Below are positions 51,940 through 63,630 of a DNA stretch of 64,000 nt, in pieces. The notes beneath the pieces were generated by a model that had not been told where the DNA came from, did no database searches, and saw only the letters and a program-made list of their open reading frames with translations. Position 1 is the stretch's first letter. Each line of letters opens with the position of its first letter. Made by a program: the position numbers and the translations under genes. This DNA is from Epiperipatus broadwayi (taxonomy: Eukaryota; Animalia; Onychophora), in contig JAQFVV010000007.1 in the NCBI GenBank assembly GCA_028023455.1, positions 7,874,001-7,938,000 on the forward strand, read 5' to 3'.

Positions 51940-54900
51940 TGAAATGTAAGATAGCTGGCATAAATATCTGTGGAATCAATTCCTTGACCAGAGTGCATGA
52001 CATTAAAAATTGGTTCTTGCTAAACTCCCCTCACATATTACTCATGGGTGAAACCAAGTGCGATTCTAACACTAATTCCAACATATTATCAATTATTTCA
52101 TCTCTTGGATGTCAAATTATCAATTGGTTCATCCACTGCTGGTGGAGTTGGCATATTAATCAAAAAATGGCTCCCACCTTCAAGTTTTAATATCCTACTT
52201 GTCAATCCTAACATTATTATAAACAGAAGTCGATTACTGGGGCTACCCAATCATATTTGCCTATGTCTACACACATAAGGATGCTTCCACATACCACAAG
52301 ATAATCCACATATTAAACTCAATATTCAGTGACTTTAATAAAAGTTTCCCTCATTTTTTTAAATCACCCACTTTTATGTGGAGATGGTTTCATTTCTCCT
52401 GATGCCTTCTCATTTTATATCAGGAATAAAAAGTCTAATTGATGTAATATTCTATACTCCAGACCATCACATTGACATCCAAGCAGTCCTTGTGCCTGTT
52501 CCCTTCTCTGACCACATGGAATTAGTTGTTGATCTTAATTCCAACAAGATGCTACTAACACCAATCAGTCACAACAAAACCATGTGCATGGTTAGGAAAT
52601 CCAACATGACAAAAGCCATAGTTTCAGAGGCTTTCATACTCTTGCAGAATATCAATATCTTGGCCCTTCCAGCATAAGAGAGCTGGTTTACTTTATTGGA
52701 ATTCTGCAGTCTGTTCTGAATCATTGTTCTAGAAATATTAAGGGCCCTAACAACCTGCTAAGGGATTTAATTAATATCAACACACAATTACAGACAATAC
52801 AGCAGAGATACCCGATCCTCAAAAAATAATTACATCGAAGAATCTCTATAAAATCACACAGAAGTCATTGGCAGAGTACATATCCATCAGGAGAGACAAG
52901 TCATATCTTCCTTATCATTATTGTTAGATTTGAGCATATCTACAATAGCCTCTTGGAATGAATAAAAAACAATTAACACCCTCTTCAATCTACACAAATG
53001 GAAACATTTTTATTGGCCCTCCAATGATGCAAATCATTAGTCACCATTTCTGACAAGTTATGCAGGCCAGATGTCCTCCACTATATCAAAACTGACTTCT
53101 GGCAGTGGCTCTGGGACAACATGACATCTCTGTGGCATCAATACAAGATAAGATTTCCTCTCTCCCATGTTGCATAGACCTGGGTCTGCATGGCATACCC
53201 AAATTTCTTTTTGCTCATCTAAGCACATCTACAGTGCCAATTATATTCAAAATGATTGATCATTTAGCTATACAAAATAGATTCATTCCAAATTTATATC
53301 CAATAGCCCTTGTGCCATTCATTAAAAAGGCAAAACCAATCACAGATCTATCAAGCATTCGTCCCATATCCATGTCTCCTTTAATAATTAAAATTATGGA
53401 ATCGGTGATTAAGGATTGAATACAGCCTCTCATTCAAAAGCACATTTCCACAAACCAGCATGGAAAAAAGAGCTTGTTCACATCCCATGCCATGACTAAA
53501 GTTACAGCCCTAATAGATTTTATCAGAAATCGACACAAGTCTAAAACAATTGGCATCCAACTTGATATTGCTGTGGTGTTTGACTCGGTCAGTAGATGTT
53601 ATTCTGGATACTGTGGCAGAGTATGATGATCAAGATGCAATAATATAGATAATTGGCAATGTCCTTAATAACAGAGAGATTTTTGGTTCTCTGGATGGGA
53701 AGATTACACCTGGTTTCAGACCATTTAAACTCATCCCTCAAGGTTCTCACCTCAGCTCTCTTCTTTTCACTGCATACATTAACCCTTAGCTGGTGAATTT
53801 GAAAAAGAACCTCCCTGGTGTGTTTGTTCTGTTTCTAAATCAACAAATAAACCTCTATGCCAATATTGATGATATTATGGTTGTACTTTCCGATGCCAAG
53901 TTCATTCCTCCGCTAATGTCAATCACTGATACTTTGTCAATTTTTATCTTAAAATGAATCATGACAAATCTGTCATATAGCAAATCATATCTGGTAAACA
54001 AATTAATTCAATCTTTTCATCAAGTCCCAAAGATTCTTGGGATTCCTAGATTTCATATCAACTATGCCCATGGTGAAAGACAATCAGGAAGGGATCATAC
54101 AAATCACTGTAAATATCACTAACTCACTCTCCAAAGTCTATCTGTCACTCTTCAGGAAGGTAGGTCTTCTTAACATGATTGTCATGCCTAGAATATCATA
54201 CTATGCCCCCTTTGTCAACTACACAAAAAAATTTCAAAACAAAAAATTAGTAGTTTGTGCTCCAGACTACTCTTGAAAGGTTGAACTGTTGTGGTAAGCC
54301 TTAGAGGACTCCAACGCCCCAGGAAACTCAGTGGTCTGTCCTTCCATTCTATCCAAGCTATCATCCTACACAAAACATTTAACACACTTCATAACCTCAC
54401 CCATGCCTTTGCTTATCATAACATTAAAAATAAGATACACTTCATAAACTCACCCACACCCTTGCATATCACAACATTATAAATAAGATAGTCACAACTG
54501 ACTGGCCTCCTCTTTATCCCAAATCCAGGATATTTGCTTTAATCCATCATCTAGAGCAACATAAACTCATTATTCAGTCCACCTTTGATCTGAAATTCAA
54601 GATATGGGAAGCTTATAACCTCATTCATCCAAACCAACAAAATTTATCAAACAGCCTTAAGATTAATAATCATAAATTATTACATCTCCTCAAAAGATGC
54701 AGTCTTGAGGCAAAATTCTTTGATTTTGCTGTCAAAATTAACCTGTCTGCCCTACCCACCAATTCTTTCCTACACTTCAAAAGAGGATATAACAAAATCA
54801 ATCCAATCTGCAGCCTGTGCTCAATGGAATATGAATCAATTGATCATATTATTCTTAAATGTCCACAGATGAAATCTGCAAGAGAACTCATCATCTCCAA

Positions 54901-55150
54901 AGTCTCAATAGATAGTGAGCTCATATTATCACAAGACAAAGCAATGCAGTCTGGCACTTATTCAATCATCAGAATTTCTTTATTCATATGCTTTGGATAG
55001 TCAGATGTAAAATTTTAATTCAATTGCCACAACCAAACCCAAGCTCCTTATTCATACATCTAATCAAAGAAATTAAAAAATGAGATGAGCTCTTCTCCAC
55101 AATCAAAACTTTGAATGACACTTGATCTTTTTTTTCAACAACATAACTGA
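51940..55150 (+). pseudogene. LINE ORF2 (APE endonuclease, reverse transcriptase, zf-RVT-like), many frameshifts and stops
   Basis: IAGINICGI, LLMGETK, GGVGILIK, FSDH; IRPISM, QLDIAVVFDSV, QGSHLSSLLF, NIDD; CSLC..EYESIDHIILKCP. Confidence 0.9.
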
Positions 55151-55624
55151 CTCCAATAGCAGCTAACATACATGCTATATCATCCCCTAAACAAATCAAG
55201 TTATATTTAAAACACTGAACCCAAAACGTTGATACATCCAACTCATACTATCAAAGCAATCTTGACCATTCTGCATCCTGGTACTTCTTACAACAATTTA
55301 AAGACTTTGTAATACAAAAACATTCACTTTTAGCAGAGCATGCATAACATTAACCTCTTCTTCTTGTATCATCTGATTTTCTTGTTCTTTTTAACTATGT
55401 AACATACCTTCTTGAATAAATTAAGTTTTGAAATAAACGAACTGAAAGTGGTAACATTTAATTCATTTGGAATTACTACTTCACCACTTCACCACCAATA
55501 TCAACTGTGGCACAAATAGTAAAATTTAATAGAAACTCATACATCTATCTATCTATCAAACATGTTTTTCACTTTGCTTAAGATTCCAAAAACTTATATA
55601 GGGTATATATTTTATCAATATTGA

Positions 55625-55925
55625 ATGTCAGGAGCAGTGTGGGATTTGAGTGTTCCATCATCAGATTTTCAATAGGATGAATAGCTGAAGAGTTGGAAGG
55701 TGGAGTGGACTGAAACCTGTCCATTAAAGTATAAAGATACTATCTTAATATAAATCTGAGTACTTGCTGTATATATGTATACAGATGATAACCTAGACAA
55801 ACTGACAAGTGCTGGTTTAGCACAAAATACATATATTGGTGATTATTTTTTAGACATATATGTGGTCAAGTGTATCAGTGTTATAAGATAGTATGGAGGG
55901 TCATGTGAAAGCCTGAGATCAAAAT
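55625..55925 (+). mobile_element. Solitary partial H1 unit with degenerate HHR (55790-55844)
   Basis: CAAA-CTGACAA-GTGCTGGTTTAGCAC-AAAA-TACATATA-TTGG plus the H1 body. Confidence 0.8.
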
Positions 55926-56497
55926 ACCCTATATCATCATCAACAACCATTATCAATCCACTGCAGAGTGAAGATCTCTCCAAGTTCAATCAATCTTCTC
56001 TGATCTTTAGCTTCTCTTCTCCACATCACCCCTGAATACTTTCTTATTTCATCCATCCATCTCACATGTGGTCTCTTTCTGGGTCTTTTAGAATCTCTTG
56101 GAATCCAGTTTAAGATTTCAATTGTCCATCGATTATGATCTCTTCTAGCAATGTGTCCAGCCCAACTCCACTTCAAACTTTTAATTTTTTCAATGAGGTC
56201 AGTAACATCTGTTTGTTCTCTTATCCATATCTTGCATTTTTGATCTTTTTTTGTTACTCCGAACATGCATCTGTCCATACTTCTTTGAGTGGTCTGAAGT
56301 CTCTGTATTGCTCTTCTATTAAGTCTCCAAATTTCAGATCCATAAGTAAGAACTGGTAAAGCACATTTATTAAAAACCTTCCTTTTCAAACACATAGGCA
56401 TATTTTCTTTTAGTATCAAGTCTTTCTTCCTGATAAATCTTTTCTTCCGGCTTTGTTGCAAATATTGGACTCTTTTTCTAATGCTTTTAGTCTTCAT
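55925..56497 (-). mobile_element. RTE-clade LINE 3' fragment
   Basis: 185-aa ORF: KVFNKCALPVLTYGSEIW...LKWSWAGHIARRDHNRWT...RPRKRPHVRWMD; (GAT)n tail. Confidence 0.92.
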
Positions 56498-56529
56498 ATT
56501 AATGTTACAAAATCCACAATGTAAAAAAT

Positions 56530-57764
56530 TAAATCTGGTTTGTCAATTATTTCAACTTTCACAGCCAAGCCTCAGTCTTTTCTTGGCTTTCCAATAATTT
56601 TATCTCATTCAGTAATTACAAGGCAGATACAAAAAATTATTCTTGATAAAACAAAAAGAATAATTGCATCGCTTGTCAATATAAACATTTCGCTTATGGG
56701 TAAGGTTACACTCTTGAACTCTTTTGGTCTATTCAAGGCTTAGTTATTATTTACAAATTATTAGGCCAACAAAGGATTTTGAGAGGGCTATAAATTCACT
56801 TTGTTCAAAATTATTTTGGAAAAACAAGGTCGTAGCCATCAGTATTGCTAAAATTCAAATGTCAAAGCTTTTAAATGGTTTAGGTTTGCAATCGGTCTCA
56901 ACTCTATATCTCCAGAGATCTATATCTTTTCTTTGTGCAACTTGTCTAAAGCTTGCTCAGTTATCTCTTCCTTTGGTTATTGATTGTACCGAAACACCAC
57001 CTCCATTTTCAAGTTATTGGATTGCTGATTTATGGAAGTCAGTTATTAAGTTGATACCCTTGGTTCAAGTTGTGCTTGATGGGAAATTGACATTCTGAGA
57101 TGTTTATAAATTAAAATGTCCACATTATACTCCTCTTTTGACTTCATTAGGTGTTTCAAATAAAGTTCTCTTGCATAAAATGAAACTTGTTTTCATTGAA
57201 GCAAGACATGTTGATTTTGTACTTAAACTGAATTTAAATGCTCTCCCAACAAGTTATTTTTTAGTGACCAGCAGAGGCTTCATTAGGATTTTGTCTCAGT
57301 GTCAGTTGTGTAGATTATATGATGAAACAATACTCCATATTTTCTATATTTGTCCTGCTCTTAAGTCGATAAGGGATTTTATTGTTGCAAATGTCACTCC
57401 GGATCTTAGGAATGCTCTTTCTGTTTCTAATACTCTCAAGAAGGGATCTTTTGCAGCAATAAGATTATCTATCTTTATAACATTTTCTTTATGGTTGATG
57501 TGTTGCAGGCTCATCTTTGGTCATTCTCAGGACTTGGTTCTAACTGTCTTTATCAAACTTCTTGACCAAGTCAAGCAGCGAGACTCTCTGCTTTCACCTA
57601 TGAGTCTACATGATGATACTTGGGTGAAAGTTTTATTTTTTTCTTAGTCTTATTAAGATGCCCTTTTCTCTGCATTGACTTTTTCAAGTTTCATTCTGAA
57701 TGCTATGTATTTTTTTATAAAGTTTAACTGTATGTTACTATGTTTAATAAATTTATTTTAAAAC
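56530..57764 (+). mobile_element. 5'-truncated L1/Tx1-like LINE (RT thumb plus zf-RVT), related to but distinct from the 49.5-kb element
   Basis: FLGFPI, ISLMGKVTLLNS, NGLGLQS, LNALPT...CQLC..YDETILHIFYICP; 3' AATAAA at 57746. Confidence 0.88.
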
Positions 57765-58987
57765 AATATCATCAACTTACTAAATTCAAATTGATACAGT
57801 AACATAAATAAAGAACTACAGACATTTTAAAATATCAACTTCAGTGATTAAGAAGGTTGTCAAAAAATGTTTTAAGGAATTCTATTATATATATTGTCTA
57901 ATCCATTAATTTCCATCATGATAAAACCTATCTAATAATAGATATTATAACACTTATCAAATATAGACACATTTAAAAAAGGGCATCATGCTCACAAGAG
58001 GATTATTAATTATTCAATTGATATGATAGATCATTTTGGACTGCTAAACATCATAACTAAAGTATTACATAAATATATGCAACATGTACCATAATTTGCA
58101 TGATAAACTATTTTTTGAATGGGTATACTAATTATTCTATACACCCCCCTCTCCTCAATGCTGTAATATTTGAAATCTAGCTTTTACTCAGTGCAAATAC
58201 ATATAATATCTGCTAGATTAAAGAACAAATTACTTCAGAAGAAAAGTAATAATATTGACATTTATGTAAAAATAAATAAAATCTGTGCAAGTAGATTGAA
58301 TTATCTCCTGCATAACTAGAACAAGATTATATCATTTGACCCAAAGCAGTAAATGAACAAAAGAAATTCATCTTTAGAAATACCAAACTAGCATCACAAG
58401 ATTGTTTAAGGACATATTTAATATATCTATATTAAAAAATAAAAGTCCACTTTATATGATTCTATTAAGAACTATTGTTAATACTATAATTTTAAGTCAA
58501 TTATTGATCGTGCTACATAGATTTCTGTAAAGTAGAACAACATAGATTAAATAATTCTATTATTAATCAACATAAAATGAAGTTTTTTAAGTAATAATTA
58601 TAGGTCAGACATCAGTCATATATAAATATGTTCAGAACAAAAGAGATTGACTTTTATCACAGTTATGTATTAAATGTGATATGGCAAAATTTAATCAAAT
58701 TGAAGTTAAACCACATCATATGAGTTACATCATGTTTTAAATATTTTATCATTACATCAGTAGAAATAAACTTTGGATTATAAATTGGTACAGTCATAAA
58801 GTAGAAGATTGTAGTGTTCAAGAACTTTGGATCATGTCTCATGTCATTACATCTGGTGCTTAATCCTTTTATGAAATTGTAAACAATAATTTATATATCA
58901 TTTAAATTACTATGTAGAACTGTATCACCATCTACTGTAAGTTTTAATAATCAGTGGTTGTTGAATGTCTTGTTGCATTTAAAATCT

Positions 58988-59031
58988 TCATCCCCAGACT
59001 GGTTTTCAGCTTTGTCCTTTATCAATGAGAC
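58988..59031 (-). ncRNA. Degenerate H2 hammerhead
   Basis: CTCA-TTGATAA-AGGACAAAGCTG-AAAA-CCAG-TC-TGGGG. Confidence 0.55.
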
Positions 59032-59278
59032 TTGAAATTCAACATTCACTAGAAACAATCATAATTGACAATTCAATTTAACAGCCTGAAATTCAAAGCA
59101 GCCAAGGTTTTAAACCCTAAAAATCTGCTTGACCCATTGCATACCTTTGATTCCAGTTTAGTACATCTACATTTTATTACCCTAATATATTATTTAAACC
59201 ACTAAACATCACATAATCACAATTTCTTATGCTTGCTCAAGATCTAAAGTGCAGTGCTCTCAAATCCAAGGCTGAGGG

Positions 59279-59318
59279 CCTCACTGATGAAAGCCACAAG
59301 CTAGAAACTAGTCTGGGG
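59279..59318 (+). ncRNA. Type I minimal hammerhead H2, core intact, palindromic stem III
   Basis: CCTCA-CTGATGA-AAGC-CACAA-GCTA-GAAA-CTAG-TC|TGGGG; GUC site; predicted cut between 59313 and 59314. Confidence 0.8.
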
Positions 59319-59708
59319 ATATTGGATGAGTAGGCACTAGATAGGAATTTTATGCAGACACCTTCTAATATCCATTCATTACTCTGGCATGCAGAGTGGC
59401 ACTACTGTACAGAGAATTTTGCCTATTTTTTTAATAACAGTTATGAGCATGCATAAGAAATGGTGATCATGTGATGTTTAGTGGTTTAATACCAAACCTG
59501 CCTAATACAATAGTGGTGGCTATGGTTATTAAAGAATCAAAGACACTAAAATGTATGGGTCTGGTATAAGCTAATGATCTTAGATTGAAAATATTTTTGT
59601 TTTTAAATTTTATTCTCATAGTTTTGTAGTTATGTAGAGATAAAAGGTGGCTACTGGAAAGTTGCATTAGATCCTAGATCTAGGTGCAGCACTTTCAGAT
59701 CCAAGGCT

Positions 59709-59748
59709 CCTCAATGATGAAAACCACAAGCTAGAAACTAATCTAGGG
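59709..59748 (+). ncRNA. Degenerate tandem copy of the H2c hammerhead
   Basis: CCTCA-ATGATGA-AAAC-CACAA-GCTA-GAAA-CTAA-TC-TAGGG. Confidence 0.65.
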
Positions 59749-60607
59749 ATATTGGATAGGTAAACACTAGAAAGGGATTTTATGCACAAGCCTGCTGGCA
59801 TTCACTGATTACTATTGTTTGCACTGAATGGCATTACTCTATGGAGAGTTTTGCCTGTTTAGTAAATATTATTTACCATAGGTGCATTTTTCAACAGCCT
59901 AGAAATATGAATAACAAATTTTAATTGTTTAGTTTACCCAAGCTGACATTAGATAATTCTGACATTTTGAATCTATTTTCATAGTTCTTTACATGTAGTG
60001 CTCCATTCTGAAATCTTTTTTTAATTGATTGTTAAAAAGTAAGGTAAAAAATGAACATACACAGACACCAGACTTTTCCCCAAATTTTGATTACAAATGT
60101 AAAAGCTATTGGTTTTAGAAATGCTGGTGAGTTCCTCAATCTGACAGACATATGATGATGATCAATTCGAAAAATTTTGGTTTCTAGTTGATTTTGATGC
60201 ACTTAGATATTATCTCTGCCATCATAAAGAAACACTTGAAAACATTCCCTGTCATTAAAGACATTCCTCTCACAAACAATTAGAATCATTTCATCATTAA
60301 CTTTTCTCAATGTAAAACAAAATTCAACGTTAACATGTTTCATCATAGGTTTTTTCTTACAAGGATAATGAAATACACTGCCTTCATGACATAATTCATG
60401 ATACAGACATATGTCTATTAAAAATGTTGCTGCAGGGAACTTGGGGAGAACTAGTTATCACTGATACTCACAGCACAAAAATTAATCCCCCAAAATTAAA
60501 ATATAGTTTCCAGTCTTGAATAATTAACCAAATCATTTAATAAACACTTCAGCATTCCTGCACACACTATATTGTTATGCCAATGCAAAATAGAAATTGC
60601 ATTACAT

Positions 60608-61290
60608 TTTTCATGTTGAAGCTGCACTCATCAGTTGGTCCAGATCATCATCTTCCACACATATATATTATATAAGAACTCAGTTTATATTTGGATAGCA
60701 AATTTTCAAACTTTAATGAACGAAGATTCAATCTTCTCCACTCTCCAACCATCCGTTTTCATAGAAAATCCAAGGATGGAATGCTGAAAGCCCTTGTTGA
60801 TTCTAATATTATTATCATATTCATGTTGACCTTAAATCAATCTGACCCCTAATATATAAAATCTTAATATGTCCATTTAATTATACAGAAGAATAATGGG
60901 CAGAAAATAGGCTAAATATGTAACATTTAAATATATGTATATTGTCTATGCTTTGAGGATTCCATCCTCAGATTTTCAATGAAATGGATGGCTGAAGTTA
61001 GAGAGTGGAGAAGATTGAAGCTTTCCCATTAAAATTTAAAGATTAGCTATCAATATAAACTGACTACATATTGTATATATATGTGTGGGATGGTGATCTG
61101 GGCCAACTGATGAGTTCTGGTTCTTCATAAATTATCTATATTAAGGATACTGTACTTTTTTCACATGTGTGTGGTCATGCCTACCAGTTATACATGATAA
61201 ATTTGATAGAAATAAAGAGCTTGCAAGTTCAAATCCCTTATAATTACAGTATTTATTATAGACAATATACACATATTTAAATATTATATA
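60608..61290. mobile_element. Foldback H1 element C
   Basis: Antisense arm 60608-~60950 (HHR cut off just after GAAA); sense arm ~60958-61290 (degenerate HHR at 61095-61130); no clear TSD. Confidence 0.75.
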
Positions 61291-61374
61291 TATATATGTA
61301 ATAATATTGTAAATCGATGTCTGTATTTCTTCCAAGCAATATATGTAATTTTATAATTAAATATCTTATGCCAT

Positions 61375-61850
61375 GGTTTGGAAGGTTCCCTATATCGGCA
61401 AGACATTCTTGATTATCAAAGCCTGTTTAAAGTATTTACATATGCTTTCTGTGTGCTCAATATGTTAATTATTACTCTTCAATAGTTTATAGAATTTCTA
61501 ACATTAAGATCGTAATATTAACTCACAGTAAATCGCAAGATTTCGCATAATTTAATTTGTAAAGGAAATAGTGGACTTAAACAGTGGAGAAAACAACTAT
61601 TTCATGCTTCCAAATGAAGATGCTTCAGATTTGCCTATATAAGTGGACATTTAGATTAAAGATAAGATGGCCACTTTTATCTTTATAAAAGTTGCTATCT
61701 TGTGTTGTGGTTTGGAAGATTCCCTTTGTCAGCAAAATCTGCTTGATTATTACAAATTTTAAAGTGCATTAAATACAGGTCAAAGCCTGTTTAAAGTATT
61801 TTCATATGCTTTCTGTGTGCTCAATAAATTAATTACTACTCTTCAATTAA
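61375..61850. repeat. ~110-140 bp direct repeats about 335 bp apart
   Basis: ggtttggaag.ttccct...tcaaagcctgtttaaagtattt.catatgctttctgtgtgctcaata, twice. Confidence 0.8.
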
Positions 61851-61928
61851 ATATTAGTAAATACAGTAATCAAAAATTTTGAAAATTACAGCAAATATAA
61901 TTGTCACTTAGGAACGCTTTTGACTATA

Positions 61929-62016
61929 CTCGTAGTCTTTGTCAACTAATACTTTGAAAGGTTAACCTTCCCCTCGTAGTCTTTGTCAACTAATACTTTG
62001 AAAGGTTAACCTTCCC
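61929..62016. repeat. Perfect 44-bp tandem duplication
   Basis: ctcgtagtctttgtcaactaatactttgaaaggttaaccttccc at 61929 and 61973. Confidence 0.95.
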
Positions 62017-63256
62017 TGAATTTTGTAATCTTGACATTTGCTGCCTGCCTATTAATTCTTCAACCGTCTCTTACGAGGCTCCTCGTAGACATCTGACGTC
62101 ACTCTAACTCTGCCAGTTCTTATGCTAAAAAATTCGTTTGATAGGTTTTGAATAGGTTTTTAAAAGTTCTGTAAGATGGTGCCCTCTTCCGATTTATTTT
62201 ACAAGTAAAAAATAAAAAAAAAACGCATTTAAACCTAAACAAAGAAAGAACATGAGTTGTGATTGGTTCTTAGCATGCTCTCAGCCGAAAAAGACATTCT
62301 GATTGGCTGGAAAGAACAAAAAAACCGCCTGATCAAAGAAAATAAAGAAAAATGCTGAGATTTTCATTTTGAACATGATATAAATTATTATAAAATTATA
62401 TTTATGGAAATTACAAATTATTTTCAGAGAGAATAATAAAAAAACAAAATTATTTTCGAAAAATATTGAAGATTTTAGTAAAAATATTCAAGAAATATTT
62501 AAAAGAAATATTTACTTTTCTATAACATAAAAGTCGACCTTTTTGTTTGTATTATAGCTTTTATGTTACCGAAATTGAATATTTTAGAATAAATAAATAG
62601 CAATTTATTTTTGAAAGAACTTTCGTTCTCTTCATAACCTGAAAAATTAGTAATATACTTTTTATAAACGTATCTGAGTTGAATTTAATATTATAGGCGA
62701 ATATGTTTTAACAATAGGCTTTGTCTTCAGTTTGTGAGTTGGCCAATTAAAAGATTTGATTTTTACCTCATACAACCAATAATATAATTAGCGGTTAAAA
62801 GGTTAAATAAGTTTTGCTTGTATTTAAATATAAGCATAGCTTCCTTTATTTTCCTAATATTGTTATTTCTTTCAGTTTGCCATATTTTTACATTATTATA
62901 ATTGAAATTAAAACCATATACACCTGGGTCTCATTTTATGCGATAGATAGGTTCCTCAGAAAACACATGCAAACAAAATCGTGCAAAAATAAACGTAACT
63001 TACATTGAAAAGGGGGGGGGTCTGTGATTTTTCAAAATTCACGTAAAAGCAAAGCACCAATGTAAAATTACTTTAAAATTCGCGCAAAAAAAAAAAAAAA
63101 ATAAGGAAATAAAATATGACTAATAAAAAATTTCAAATTTGAAAAAAAATTGATTTAAGACAAACTTTTTTAAACTATAATATTTAATTTTATTCAAAAT
63201 AATATATTTTTATGCATAATTTACAGTACAGTAATTTACATTTTTTTATACACGTT

Positions 63257-63630
63257 TTAATTGTTAACACTATTTGCCGATAAACAGGTTCGTTTGCAAA
63301 CTAGTAAAGATTCTTCACAAGAGGAACTATAACTAGCACCAACTTCACTCTCATGTTGTTGTTTTAATGGTTTTCTAGTGACAACGTAATTAGTAATTAA
63401 TCTTTGAGATGATGATTTTATTAATTGTTTATGAAGCTCGTGATATCCAGACATACAACCATTTAACTCTCGTTGAAATTTAAAAGCACATTCATGATTA
63501 GTGTTATTAGTAAGAAAATAATTTTCCAATTGATTAGAAAGTTGAAGACCTTCTCGAATCATTTTGGAAGTGAAAGGAACAGGTTCCACTTCTGTTTCAT
63601 TATCTTTTTCTACATTTTCTTCTGTATCTA
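63257..63630 (-). pseudogene. Tigger/pogo-family transposase C-terminal remnant
   Basis: Acidic stretch, then PFTSKMIREGLQLSNQLENYF...AFKFQRELNGCMSGYHELHKQL...QRLITNY, resembling TIGD1-like C-termini; no DDE domain visible. Confidence 0.65.

Larger units (their letters stand above)
49480..55437 (+). mobile_element. Near full-length, inactivated L1/Tx1-like non-LTR retrotransposon
   Basis: ORF1 with CCHC knuckle; ORF2 with APE endonuclease, RT and C-terminal Zn-finger motifs; AATAAA at 55415 and 55432. Confidence 0.9.
59110..59860. mobile_element. H2c HHR unit (~430 bp, ~1.45 copies) with a short inverted left arm
   Basis: HHRs at 59279-59318 and 59709-59748 (offset 430); 59194-59220 is the inverse of 59463-59489 (1 mismatch). 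Confidence 0.75.

Noticed and set aside
62007-62806. piggyBac-like TTAA-CCTT...AAGG-TTAA ends
   Set aside because: Only 4 bp of inverted match beyond TTAA and no transposase.
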